Shown here: positions 20,860-30,799 of the stretch, piece after piece
How positions within the stretch are numbered: the stretch's first letter is position 1
Layout: every line of letters begins with the position of its first letter
NCBI GenBank assembly: GCA_051859245.1
Contig: JBHYGA010000001.1
Span: 160,001 to 224,000, forward strand
Source of the DNA: Gemmatimonadaceae bacterium
Lineage (GTDB): Bacteria > Gemmatimonadota > Gemmatimonadetes > Gemmatimonadales > Gemmatimonadaceae
Direction of reading: 5' to 3'
Length of the DNA: 64,000 nucleotides
The notes under the pieces: model-generated
Told to the model about the DNA's origin: nothing
What the model saw: the letters and a program-made list of their open reading frames with translations, nothing else
Databases searched by the model: none
Translations under genes and position numbers: made by a program

Positions 20860-21552
20860 ATGCTACTCCTCCTGCACGGCGCCATTGGCGATCAGACACA
20901 GTTTGACGCGCTGCGCGTACACCTCGGCTTCACCGGTGTGCGCACGATGGATTTTGAAGGCCACGGTGCGCGTGCCATGGCGGGCCGCGGGTTCCGATTG
21001 GAGCACTTCGCCGAGAACCTGCTCGCCTGGCTGGCCGAGCACTCGCCGGACGAACCGGTGGACATTTTCGGCTACAGCATGGGCGGATACGTGGCGCTCC
21101 TGGCGGCGGCCGAGGCGCCATCGCGGATTCGCCGAGTGCTCACGCTCGGCACAAAGCTCGTGTGGACGCCTGAGGTGGCTGCAGAAGCCGCAAAACAGCT
21201 CGACGCGGCCCGGATATCGGAAAAGGTGCCGGCCTTCGCCAGCGCGCTTGCAGGGCGCCATTTTGCGACCGGCTGGGAGCGTGTGCTCGGCGAGACCGCG
21301 AGCGCGTTGCAGGCGCTCGGACAGACTCCGCTGCTGACGCCTGACGTCATGGCGCGCGTGCAGTGCCCGGTGCGACTGGTCGTGGGCGACCGCGATGTCA
21401 CCGTGCCGGTGGAGGAGCTGCGCGATGCCATGCGCGTGCTGCCGCGCGGTGAGTACGAGGTGCTGCCCAACACCCCGCACCCATTCGAGCGGGTCCCGCT
21501 GGAGCGTCTCGCGTGGACGCTCCGGCAGTTTGTCAGTTCGGCTGGCGCGTAG
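20860..21552 (+). CDS. Alpha/beta fold hydrolase
   Basis: LLLHG, D.EGHG, nucleophile elbow GYSMGG, GDRD and terminal H (NTPH). Confidence 0.88.
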   Translation: MLLLLHGAIGDQTQFDALRVHLGFTGVRTMDFEGHGARAMAGRGFRLEHFAENLLAWLAEHSPDEPVDIFGYSMGGYVALLAAAEAPSRIRRVLTLGTKLVWTPEVAAEAAKQLDAARISEKVPAFASALAGRHFATGWERVLGETASALQALGQTPLLTPDVMARVQCPVRLVVGDRDVTVPVEELRDAMRVLPRGEYEVLPNTPHPFERVPLERLAWTLRQFVSSAGA

Positions 21553-22948
21553 CGGCCGGCGTCGCGCGACCGGCCACACTATCCGCCTTGCGCGCTGAGT
21601 CGGTCAGTGCCTTGGCTCTCGATTCGCGCTTGCGAATCAGCGTGCTCAACCGCGCACGATTGAGTGTGAACTCCGGCTTCTTCCAGCCGCTCTGTTCAAG
21701 CTTGGACAGTCCGCCGTTCGCGGGACGCAGTGCGTCTTCAAACTCCGCGTATTTGCTGCCCGGATTCCAGAGCGCCCAGCTCTTGAGGCCGGCGTCGTAC
21801 GTGGCCTGGATCTGTTCACGCAGCGCGGGTGCACCGTACTGTGCGCCGCGAATGCTCATGGCTTCGAGCCACGGCATGATTTCACCGACCGTTGCGCTCG
21901 CGGAGTCCTTCATCCACTTCGTGCGCTCGACCGCGTCGGCCATTGAGAAACGAATCACTTCGTACGGGCTCGCGATCGGCTTGGCCAATCCGTACAAACC
22001 GGCTGCATAGTGCGATGGATACACCATGGGCAACACGGCGTCCGACACGGTGATCACTTTTTCCCAGTTCTGACCAATCTCGACATCGCCTTCGAGATGC
22101 GTCACGAGCCCGAAGACATCGGCCGTCACCGGCACGTTGTATTCAGCGAGCTGCTGTTTTGTGTAGGCGATGAAGTTGTAGATGTTGTCCGCGCGCGAGA
22201 CGCTGTCACTGCCGGGATAGCGCATGACGGCGCGCGCTGAGTTCGTCACGTCAGGGAAGCGCACGTAATCCCACTGCAACTCGGAGAAGCCCATGTCGAG
22301 CGCTTCGCGCGCAATCGCAATGTTGTAGTCCCACACGCGCTTGTCGTACGGATTGACCCACGGGCCGCCCTTATTGTCCTTCCACACACTACCATTGGCG
22401 TGGCGAATGGCCAGTTCCGGCTTCTTCTCGGCGAGCATGCGGTCCTTGAACACCACGATGCGCGCGATCGGATAGATGTTGTGCGCAATGAGCGTATCAA
22501 CAAGCGCCGGTAACCACTTGGTGGCGGGGCGTTTGTCCGCACCGATTTCCAGTGCGAGCGGAATCTGTGTGCCGGAGTGCGTGAGATACGTATCGGACTC
22601 CTTGATATCAATGATGAACGCATTGATCTCGGTGGAATCGGCAATACGAATCAGATTCTCCATGCGTGAACGCGAGCCAGCGGCCCAGGCGTTTACATAG
22701 AGCGCGCGTACGGAGTCCGGATGTTTGACACGTCGCGCGAGGCGGCCTGCACGTGTGGTGTCCGGCGTCACCGGCGTCGTATCAGCCATCGCAACAGCTG
22801 ACGTGTCGCTGCGTTCAGCGCCCTCAGCACTGGCAAGTGTCGCCGAGTCCGGCGCGGCGCTCTTCGCGGATTGCGATTGTCCTTCGCCGCCACACGCGGT
22901 GAGCAGGATAACACTCAGCACACTCGATACCATGAGTGCGCGCTGCAT
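21533..22948 (-). CDS. Putative glycoside hydrolase lipoprotein (DUF4015-like)
   Basis: Start taken at MQRALM with lipobox LLTAC. INAFIIDIKE, IARIVVFKD, WVNPY, ELQWDYVRFP and PMVYPSHY motifs. Confidence 0.8.
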   Translation of the reverse strand: MQRALMVSSVLSVILLTACGGEGQSQSAKSAAPDSATLASAEGAERSDTSAVAMADTTPVTPDTTRAGRLARRVKHPDSVRALYVNAWAAGSRSRMENLIRIADSTEINAFIIDIKESDTYLTHSGTQIPLALEIGADKRPATKWLPALVDTLIAHNIYPIARIVVFKDRMLAEKKPELAIRHANGSVWKDNKGGPWVNPYDKRVWDYNIAIAREALDMGFSELQWDYVRFPDVTNSARAVMRYPGSDSVSRADNIYNFIAYTKQQLAEYNVPVTADVFGLVTHLEGDVEIGQNWEKVITVSDAVLPMVYPSHYAAGLYGLAKPIASPYEVIRFSMADAVERTKWMKDSASATVGEIMPWLEAMSIRGAQYGAPALREQIQATYDAGLKSWALWNPGSKYAEFEDALRPANGGLSKLEQSGWKKPEFTLNRARLSTLIRKRESRAKALTDSARKADSVAGRATPAATRQPN

Positions 22949-23135
22949 CGCGTGCTGAACCTGAGTTCCTTCTGCTGCTCCCTTCACACCTGCTCCACGT
23001 ACAAATGTCTTCCTGCGCCTCGCGCCAACGTACCCGCGCTGTGATGCGGCGAAAGTTAGCAGAGACGCGGGACGAAGAGCGAGCGGTGGTCCCCAGGGGC
23101 CGTCCAATCGTAGGCCGAAGGGGATAGGGCTATCG

Positions 23136-24221
23136 CTATTGCTTCAGCCAGACGGAGACCCAGCGAATGCGGCCTCGTGCCGATTCGCCACGCTCGCGGA
23201 TGCCCGGTGCGCCGCACTCCGCGCCCGGTGGCCACCGTCGCTCCAGCGTATTCGAGAAGTCGGCGCCGGCGGGGTACGCCTCGATGAACTCCACGTCTTC
23301 CACGCGCACCGCGTCGATCGGGAAGCCGGGGCGCGCTCGGCCATTCACAAATACGCACGCGTCCCTGCCAATGAGAATGCTCTTGCGGTGGCCGCTTGAG
23401 GATTCGGTGATTGCGGACGTCGCACTGCGCGCCCCGGTTTTCAGCAGCTCTTCGCGCGCCACCACAACGGAATACGCACCTCGGTTGGACAGGCGCAGCT
23501 GCAGATCCTTCACGTCGATGTTGTCATTCGGCGCGGGGTTCGCCGTGTCGAGCGGAACGTCCAGTTCAACGTAACGCCCGTCGGGGATGACCACGCTTCG
23601 CATGACGGGAAGGAATCCCGGACGCTCGACGCGAACAACCGCACTTTGCGCGCCTGGCGCTTCGATGGAAAACACGCCGTTGGCATCACTGGTGTCGCTG
23701 TGCACCGCGCCGAGTACGGTGACGCGCGCATCGATGAGCGGTGTAAAGCTGCGCGCGTCGTATGCGACACCACGCACACCGGTCCATCGTGCGCTCACGA
23801 GCACGGAATCAAGCGCGCTGGTGCGTGGCGATAGCGCGACGTCGTGCCGGACGCCGTCGAGCGCAACCAGAATCTCCGCCACGTATGGCGTGTAGCCGAT
23901 GCGTTGCGCCGTAAGCACCCACGAGCCGTCGGTCAGTCCGCTAAACCGATACCGACCATTCCGATCAGTGCGCGTAATTCGCGTGACCGTGTCGCGCGTG
24001 ATGCGTACCGTCACGTCAGTGAGTCCCGTGCCTTGCGGATCTTGCACTTGACCGATCACCGCGCGGTTTTGCGCGGCCTGAGCACGCAACGATCGCGCGT
24101 TCACGGTGGCGAGCGTTGAGAGCAGCAGCGCCATCACGCCGACGCGCCACGTAAACGACACGAATGCCGAGCCGTAGTGCGCGGTTAATCGGGGCGCGGC
24201 GGGGGAAAGGCGAGTGAGCAT
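23136..24221 (-). CDS. Secreted protein with two carboxypeptidase-regulatory-like domains and a plug-like C-terminus
   Basis: Two G.V.D....L.D..V...TD.NG.Y/F repeats; C-terminal VFVNG...VEFIEAY...VSVWLK. Start uncertain. Confidence 0.65.
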   Translation of the reverse strand: MLTRLSPAAPRLTAHYGSAFVSFTWRVGVMALLLSTLATVNARSLRAQAAQNRAVIGQVQDPQGTGLTDVTVRITRDTVTRITRTDRNGRYRFSGLTDGSWVLTAQRIGYTPYVAEILVALDGVRHDVALSPRTSALDSVLVSARWTGVRGVAYDARSFTPLIDARVTVLGAVHSDTSDANGVFSIEAPGAQSAVVRVERPGFLPVMRSVVIPDGRYVELDVPLDTANPAPNDNIDVKDLQLRLSNRGAYSVVVAREELLKTGARSATSAITESSSGHRKSILIGRDACVFVNGRARPGFPIDAVRVEDVEFIEAYPAGADFSNTLERRWPPGAECGAPGIRERGESARGRIRWVSVWLKQ

Positions 24222-24249
24222 GCGCTGTTCGGAGGGAATGGACTGCAGT

Positions 24250-24277
24250 TCAGACCCATCTGGCTTGGTGATGTTCC
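24250..24277 (-). promoter_or_regulatory. Putative RpoE/ECF promoter
   Basis: Minus strand GGAACAT-N16-TCTGA, between the upstream terminator and the ATG at 24221. Confidence 0.55.
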
Positions 24278-24296
24278 GCACACGCTCGCACAAACG

Positions 24297-24332
24297 CAAC
24301 GGGGGCGACCGCGTGTGCAGTCGCCCCCGTTG
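24297..24332 (-). terminator. Intrinsic terminator after the VPS10/BNR gene
   Basis: CAACGGGGGCGAC / GTCGCCCCCGTTG perfect 13-bp stem, followed by CGTTTGTG on the minus strand. Confidence 0.65.
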
Positions 24333-24382
24333 TGCATTCGTTGTCACGACGCCGGTGGGGACACCGGCGAGCATTCGCGCCA

Positions 24383-27300
24383 CTACATGCGCGGCGCCGG
24401 CCCAATCACGCGGTCGAGTTCCGCCTTGGCGGCATCAAGTTCCTTGCGCAGTACCAGATGCCGTTCAATCGCATCGCGCCCTACCTTCTGATCGGCGCGC
24501 GTGGTCATGCCGGCGAGATACGAAATGTGCGCCTGCAATCCAGGTTTGCCGTAGCGAACTGGCGCCGTGAGCAACTTCTCCGTAACCGCGTTCAGTTTGG
24601 ACAACGTGTCGCCGGCCGCTGCACCTGCGGCCTTGAGACGCGTTTCTGCAGACCTCGCCCGTGCGACCACGGCGTTCACCTCGGCGACCATTTCACGCAT
24701 GCGTGTGTTGTGTGCGAACTGCTCCTGCAGGTCGGCGGCCGTAAACCCTTCGGCCGCCAGTCGCGGATCGATCAGTACGGTGAGCGGCACGGTCTGCTTT
24801 TCGCTGCCCAGCGAAACCGTGACCGTGTATTCACCCGGCGGTGCGCCAAACCCATTCTGGTGCTGTACGCCCCACGTGAAGCGGTTGAAGCCCTTGGTTG
24901 CCGTGACAAGGTTGAGCGTTGGCGCGAATGCAGCGGTGGGCGCGTTGTCGCGACCTTCATTCATCACGGCGTCCGGATCTTCCGGATCCGCACGACGCGC
25001 ACGCGGCGGCGCAGGCGGACGCACACCACTCTTGTACGTGTTCACAACCGCGCCCTGTGCATCACGGATCTCGATGCGCAGCGTATCCGTTGGTGCAGCG
25101 GCCAGGTGGTAATCAATCTGCGGGCCGAGATAGAGTCCGCCGGTGTTGGTGCGATATCCCGCGCGCGGCTTGTACACGTGAAGTGATGCGTTCGCGGTAT
25201 TGGCCGCCACCTGATGCAGCGCTGACACATTGTCGATGATCCAGTTACCACGGCCCTGCGTGGCCACGATCAGATCTTTCTTGTGCAGAATGATCTGCTG
25301 AATCGGCACGTTCGGCAGGTTCAGCTGGAACGGCTGCCAGTTCTTGCCGTTGTCGAACGAGATGTGCATGCCAAACTCGGTGCCCGCGTACAGCAGTCCT
25401 TCACGATCCGGATCTTCACGCACCACGCGCGTGGGGTGATCGCCCGGAATACCGTTCTTGCCGTCGGTGAGCTTGGTCCACGTTTTGCCATAGTCATCGG
25501 TGCGATAGATGTACGGCGCGTAATCGCCGAGCAGATAGCGATACACGGCGTAGTACGCCGAGCCGTTGCGATGGTTCGATACATCAATCCACGCGGTGCG
25601 ACCACCTTCGGGCAGATCTTTGGGCGTGATGTTGGTCCACGTTTTGCCATCGTCGCGGGTCACGTAAAATGGACCGTCGTTCGCGCCGGTAAAGATCACA
25701 CCCTTTTCGCGCGGTGACTCGGTGATGGCGTACAGCGTGCTGTAAAACTCTTCGCCGGTCACGTCACGCGTGATCGGCTCACCACTCGCACCCTGGCAGC
25801 ACTGCGGGAAGGCGGTGAGATCGGGCGACATCTTCTCCCACGTCACACCCTTGTCGCGCGTGCGATGCAGATACTGCGTGCCGTAGTACAGCACGTTCGG
25901 ATCGTGCGGAGAATACGACATCGGTGCCACGCGCTGAATGCGGTAAATCAGATCCTGACCCGCGTTGCCGTACAGCGACTGACCACCAATCCAGTAGTTA
26001 CGCGACTGACGTGTTTCGGTGTTCATCACGGCGAACTGACCTTTGCATGACCCGTAAATGACGTTCTTCTCCACGGGGTGCGGCATGATGGGTCCCGTTT
26101 CACATCCCGGTCCTGTGCGCAGCGCTTCCACGTCGAACGGATTGCCTACGCTCGACATGATGTAGGTGCTGTTGTCCTGCTGCGCCGAGTAGAGGTTGTA
26201 CGGGAAGTTGCTGTCGGGCACCACGCCGTAGAACTCTGCGGTGGGCTGATTGTTCTGCGTACTCCACGTGCGTCCGCCGTCGTAGCTCACATTGGCGCCG
26301 CCGTCATTGGCTTGCACCATGGTCTGTCCGTTATTCGGATTCACCCAGATGTCATGGTTGTCCGTGTGCGGCGTGCGGAATGGCACCACGGTCTTGCCAC
26401 CGTCAGTGGACTTGTAGAGTGTTTCCGCGCCGGCGTACACCACATCCGCATTGGTGGGATCAGTGCCGAGCGTGGTGTAGTAGAATGGACGCGTGATAAG
26501 TCCCGGCGTGCTGTTCATCAACTGCCATGTCGCACCCGCGTCATCCGAACGATAGAGACCGCCGCCCGGTGCTGCTTCCACAAGCAGGTACACACGATTG
26601 GGGTTGGCCGCAGTGACGCCCAGATTGCCTTTGCCGATCAACACATTGGGCAGACCGGTTCCGGATTTCTTCCACGTGTTGCCGCCGTCCACGCTCTTGA
26701 ACAACCCACCTTCCTTTGAGCCGCTGATAATCGTCCACGGCTTGCGTTCAATGCGCGCGATCCAGGCGTACACCACATCCGGATTGCCCGGCATGACTTC
26801 CACATCACTGGCGCCGGTGCTGTCGTTCAGGAAGAGCGTCTTCTTCCAGGTCTTGCCACCATCAATCGTTTTGAACACGCCGCGATCAACGTTGCGCTTG
26901 AAGACATCACCGTTGGCCGCAACCCACACGATATCCGGATTCGTTGGGTGAATGCGCAATGCACCAATCTGCCCCGCGTTGTACAAACCGGCGAAGGACC
27001 ACGTGTCACCGCCGTCATTTGAGCGATACACACCGCGTCCGGTGGAAACGTTGCTGCGTGCGCCATCAGCGCCGGTACCGGCGTAGATGATGTTCTTGTC
27101 GGAATCGGCCACTTTGATGTCGCCGATTGAGCCAACGGGAATCTGTCCGTCGCTGATGGGCTGCCAGCTTTCGCCGCCATCGCGCGTGCGGAAAATGCCG
27201 CCTGACGCCACGCCCATGAAGAACGTGCGGGGCTCAGAGGGAATGCCGGTGACCGTGTTCACACGTCCGCCGACCGAGTGGCCAACGTGACGGTACCGGA

Positions 27301-27439
27301 TGCCCTCGAAGAGAGCGGGCTGCATGGCGGTCGTGCCTGAGGCACTGGAACGCGCCGCCTGAGCGTGCACGGTGCCGCCCGCGATTGCCATGACGGCAAC
27401 GGCGGTAGCGACGGAGGATGCGCGGGTTCTACCCATCAT
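24383..27439 (-). CDS. VPS10/BNR (Asp-box) repeat beta-propeller protein, glycosyl-hydrolase-like
   Basis: Signal peptide; many S/T-x-D-G-G-x-T/S-W Asp boxes; LLYAGTEFG and DLIVATQGRG. Confidence 0.85.
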   Translation of the reverse strand: MMGRTRASSVATAVAVMAIAGGTVHAQAARSSASGTTAMQPALFEGIRYRHVGHSVGGRVNTVTGIPSEPRTFFMGVASGGIFRTRDGGESWQPISDGQIPVGSIGDIKVADSDKNIIYAGTGADGARSNVSTGRGVYRSNDGGDTWSFAGLYNAGQIGALRIHPTNPDIVWVAANGDVFKRNVDRGVFKTIDGGKTWKKTLFLNDSTGASDVEVMPGNPDVVYAWIARIERKPWTIISGSKEGGLFKSVDGGNTWKKSGTGLPNVLIGKGNLGVTAANPNRVYLLVEAAPGGGLYRSDDAGATWQLMNSTPGLITRPFYYTTLGTDPTNADVVYAGAETLYKSTDGGKTVVPFRTPHTDNHDIWVNPNNGQTMVQANDGGANVSYDGGRTWSTQNNQPTAEFYGVVPDSNFPYNLYSAQQDNSTYIMSSVGNPFDVEALRTGPGCETGPIMPHPVEKNVIYGSCKGQFAVMNTETRQSRNYWIGGQSLYGNAGQDLIYRIQRVAPMSYSPHDPNVLYYGTQYLHRTRDKGVTWEKMSPDLTAFPQCCQGASGEPITRDVTGEEFYSTLYAITESPREKGVIFTGANDGPFYVTRDDGKTWTNITPKDLPEGGRTAWIDVSNHRNGSAYYAVYRYLLGDYAPYIYRTDDYGKTWTKLTDGKNGIPGDHPTRVVREDPDREGLLYAGTEFGMHISFDNGKNWQPFQLNLPNVPIQQIILHKKDLIVATQGRGNWIIDNVSALHQVAANTANASLHVYKPRAGYRTNTGGLYLGPQIDYHLAAAPTDTLRIEIRDAQGAVVNTYKSGVRPPAPPRARRADPEDPDAVMNEGRDNAPTAAFAPTLNLVTATKGFNRFTWGVQHQNGFGAPPGEYTVTVSLGSEKQTVPLTVLIDPRLAAEGFTAADLQEQFAHNTRMREMVAEVNAVVARARSAETRLKAAGAAAGDTLSKLNAVTEKLLTAPVRYGKPGLQAHISYLAGMTTRADQKVGRDAIERHLVLRKELDAAKAELDRVIGPAPRM

Positions 27440-27571
27440 CTTCAATTCTCGCAGGGTCGGTGGGGAAATCAGTCGAAGCCCGGACGCCAAAGCGCACGGG
27501 CCCAGTACTGCTGCTAAAAGTACGCACGGCGCCCGGGAGCGTTGCCTCTGGCCAGGCGATCGTGCCGATGG

Positions 27572-30025
27572 TCAGCTGGCCCGGACGAGTTGGCCGCCCT
27601 CGCCTGCGACATATGGCACCCAGGCCAGCGCCACCAACTGCACGTGCACATCGGTACTCTTGGGTCGCACGACAATCTCTACCAGCTGGTCGGCCAGCGC
27701 GTCGTAGCCCGCGGATTCCAGCGCCAGTTCTTCCGTGATGCGCGCTTCCAGCGCGGCTAACTCGGCCTGAGCCGCCTCGTGGTTTTGTGTGGCCCGCGCC
27801 ACGTCTCCGGACTGCTTTTGCGAACGACCCATGCTGCGTGCCGCGGTCCCGATTTTGCCAACGTTCGTGGCGCTCAGCTTCTTGCGGGAGAAGAGCGCGC
27901 CCAACACGGCGCCGCCAATGACCAGTGCGGTGTCAAGCTTTGACGACGACGCGGCCGTGGTGCGCTGTTCAATGGCCTGTTCCGTTTTGCGCACTTTCTC
28001 TTGCGCAGACTGCACGCGCGCGGCGTACTTCTGTCGCACTTTTTCGAGCCGGGCGTCGCTGGCTTCCCGCGCGGCGAGTTGCAATCGCGCACGAAACGCG
28101 CCCTCGGTTTCACCAACGGTTGACACCAGCTTGAGCGCCTTGCTCTGAAACAGTGTGATCACATCGTTGGTGGTGATGAACTTTTGCAGTGTGCGCGACC
28201 ACGTCGCGTAGCTCTTGGCAGTCGCGGCGAGCTTTGGTACCGAGTCGTACGTCGCACCGGGGAGTGCGTCGCGCGTCAGCAGGTCGAGATCCAGTGCAAC
28301 CAGCTCCGCGTCGTTCCAGTCGAGTGTGAGCATGGAATCATCGAGCGGCAGGATGCGCGTGAGTGTGCGCTGTTCGGCGAGACCAAGCTTGGTTTGGTGG
28401 TACGACACATCGGCGCTGCCGAGCAGTGCGGGGCGCCACGAGATAAGCGCGGAGCTCACGCGCGTGGGCATCCACACCTGCAAAATCTCGGTTGGCAAAA
28501 CCGGTGCTTGTGCACTCGCGGGACGTGCGGCGTTGGCCACCGATAGCGCGCCGGAAGCAGCCGCTGTTGCTACAGGTGTCGCAGCATTTGTCGCAGCAGG
28601 AGCCGCTGACGCCGCGGGTGACGTTGTGCCGAGCCGTCGAATCTGCTCGCGCGTCATGGGGCCCGCGAGATATGACAATGCCCAACGCGTCTCGAATACG
28701 GTTGGCTGATTCTCGTGCACGCTATGCATGAGAAACACGCGTTTGCCCAGTCCCGAAATCGTGCGTTCCATTGCGTTGCGATCAAACGGCGCGTTGCCCG
28801 AGGCGCCGGCAAGTCCGTCCATCACACGATTCTTGTCTTGTTCTGTTTGCAGTCGGCCAATGAACCAGATTCCGGTGTTCGACAGCCCCTTGTAGTCGAG
28901 ATCCACCGGGTTCTGCGTGGACAACACCACGCCCAATCCAAACGCCCGCGCCTGTTTCAGCAGTGTGAGCAACAACTGTTTGGACGGCGGGTTCGCAACC
29001 GGCGGCATGTAGCCGAACAGTTCGTCGATATACAGAATGGCGCGCAGTGAGCCCGTGCCGGGTTGTTGCCGCATCCACGCGATGAGATCGGCCAGCAGCA
29101 TGGTCACAAAGAACATGCGTTCTGCGTCAGCCAGATGCGCGATCGACAACACGGAAACCCGAGGCTTGCCATTGGGCGCGTACAGCAGCGCTCCCGCATC
29201 GAGCGCGTCACCTTGCATCCAGGCTTGGAATCCGGGCGCGGCGAGCAGATTGTTCAGTCGCATCGCGAGGGCGGTGCGATCCTTGTCCGGAAACACCGTG
29301 TCGAGCGGCATGACGCCGATCTGTGAAAACGGCGGGTTCTGAATCGCCCCGATGAGCGCCGCGAGATCGAGGTCGGTGCCGTTGCTCCAGAAGTGCGAAA
29401 ACACGTTCGCGAGCAGAATGTGTTCTCGGCTGCTGATCGGATCGGCGTCAATGCCGAGTAGGGCAAGCAGTCCAGTGGCAGTTGTGTTGACGCGCTCCGC
29501 AAATGCTTCGGTGTCGTCGCGGACAACTGCGGGCGGGGCCGCAAATCCCTTGAGCAGCGAGATTGGTCGGCCCGCAGTGCTGCCGGGTGTGTACAGCGTG
29601 ACTTCGGCGGCGTCGCGCAGGCGCTGAATGCGCGCGCCATCCTGCCCCCACTCCGCCAGACCACTATTCCAGCGCGCGGCCATGGCTTCCGCGAATGCTT
29701 CCGGCGTTTGTCCCGCTGTGGACGCTTGCTGGGCGTCCACCCACGGCGCGAAATCGCTTGGGCGCAGGGAGGGAAAGGTGAGCGCGATGTTTCCGAGATC
29801 ACCCTTTGGATCAATGGCAATCACCGGAATGTGATCGATCGCTGCTTCTTCAAGCAGCCCGATGCCGAGTCCCGTTTTGCCGCTGCCGGTCATGCCGATG
29901 ATCACGGCGTGTGTCGTGAAATCTTTCGCGTCGAGCAGCACCAGGTCTTCGCGCCGAGTGCGTGTTTCAAGGTCAAACTCGCGGCCGGCGTAGAACGCGC
30001 CAAGTTTTTCGTAGTCGTGATTCAT
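27572..30025 (-). CDS. HerA/FtsK-superfamily (DUF87-like) P-loop ATPase with C-terminal coiled coil
   Basis: TTHAVIIGMTGSGKT (Walker A), IDPKGD, ILYIDE (Walker B) and KQARAFGLGVVLSTQNP. Confidence 0.82.
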   Translation of the reverse strand: MNHDYEKLGAFYAGREFDLETRTRREDLVLLDAKDFTTHAVIIGMTGSGKTGLGIGLLEEAAIDHIPVIAIDPKGDLGNIALTFPSLRPSDFAPWVDAQQASTAGQTPEAFAEAMAARWNSGLAEWGQDGARIQRLRDAAEVTLYTPGSTAGRPISLLKGFAAPPAVVRDDTEAFAERVNTTATGLLALLGIDADPISSREHILLANVFSHFWSNGTDLDLAALIGAIQNPPFSQIGVMPLDTVFPDKDRTALAMRLNNLLAAPGFQAWMQGDALDAGALLYAPNGKPRVSVLSIAHLADAERMFFVTMLLADLIAWMRQQPGTGSLRAILYIDELFGYMPPVANPPSKQLLLTLLKQARAFGLGVVLSTQNPVDLDYKGLSNTGIWFIGRLQTEQDKNRVMDGLAGASGNAPFDRNAMERTISGLGKRVFLMHSVHENQPTVFETRWALSYLAGPMTREQIRRLGTTSPAASAAPAATNAATPVATAAASGALSVANAARPASAQAPVLPTEILQVWMPTRVSSALISWRPALLGSADVSYHQTKLGLAEQRTLTRILPLDDSMLTLDWNDAELVALDLDLLTRDALPGATYDSVPKLAATAKSYATWSRTLQKFITTNDVITLFQSKALKLVSTVGETEGAFRARLQLAAREASDARLEKVRQKYAARVQSAQEKVRKTEQAIEQRTTAASSSKLDTALVIGGAVLGALFSRKKLSATNVGKIGTAARSMGRSQKQSGDVARATQNHEAAQAELAALEARITEELALESAGYDALADQLVEIVVRPKSTDVHVQLVALAWVPYVAGEGGQLVRAS

Positions 30026-30034
30026 GGGCAGAAT

Positions 30035-30799
30035 TTATCGTAACGCAATACGCGCGGTGCCTGGCACATCCGCTCCTGGATACACGGCCACGCTGGAGCC
30101 ATCGGCGAGAAACGTCGACACCGGTGGCTCTGACAACGGCGCAACCCACGGCTGACCGTAGAGTCCGGCAATGTCGGCCTCAAGAAAGCACTCCGCAAGC
30201 ATGGCAATATTCCAGCGCGGATGCTCTACGCGGTACTCGCGCGTGGCGCGCGAACCCCGCCCGGTGTAGCCCCAATAATGCTCGGCGATAAACTCTTCCA
30301 CGGAGCCTGCACGCATTGGTCGCGGATCACCCACGGCCAGACCAACCGCGCGCTCCCACTCCCCGTCACGCTCCCACTCGAAGAGCACGGTGCGGCGCGA
30401 GTTGCCGTCGTCATCACGAACGCTTGAGGTGTGCGCCTCTCGCATGGGCAGTGCCACATACGGTTCGCCATAGACGCGACGGGCCACCATCGCGATAGCC
30501 GATCGGGGCACGATTTCTTTGACGAACACCACGCCACGGCGAATCTCGCCGTCGGGACCGGTTCGCTTCACGTAGAAACGCAAATTGACTTCGGGGAACC
30601 GGGTGTGAAACGGAATCGCAACGCCTCGCACACGCACGGACTCAAAGCGAAACGCAACCACGCTGGCAAGCGCCTGTCCCTGCCACAGGTCGAGTTCAAG
30701 GCCGCGCGGCAGCAGTGAGGCAAGTAATCGTTGGTCCACCGCCCAGGTAAGCATGAGCAGATCGCGCCACTCGGCCGTGAGAAAGGGAGACTCCTTCAT
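30035..30799 (-). CDS. YqjF/DUF2071-family protein
   Basis: FLTAEWRDLLM, FPEVNLRFYV, EFIAEHYWGY and YRVEHPRW. Confidence 0.85.
   Translation of the reverse strand: MKESPFLTAEWRDLLMLTWAVDQRLLASLLPRGLELDLWQGQALASVVAFRFESVRVRGVAIPFHTRFPEVNLRFYVKRTGPDGEIRRGVVFVKEIVPRSAIAMVARRVYGEPYVALPMREAHTSSVRDDDGNSRRTVLFEWERDGEWERAVGLAVGDPRPMRAGSVEEFIAEHYWGYTGRGSRATREYRVEHPRWNIAMLAECFLEADIAGLYGQPWVAPLSEPPVSTFLADGSSVAVYPGADVPGTARIALR

Noticed and set aside
27572..30025. HerA-based anti-phage defence system
   Set aside because: There is no adjacent nuclease, Sir2 or other effector, and no defence-island or compositional signal.
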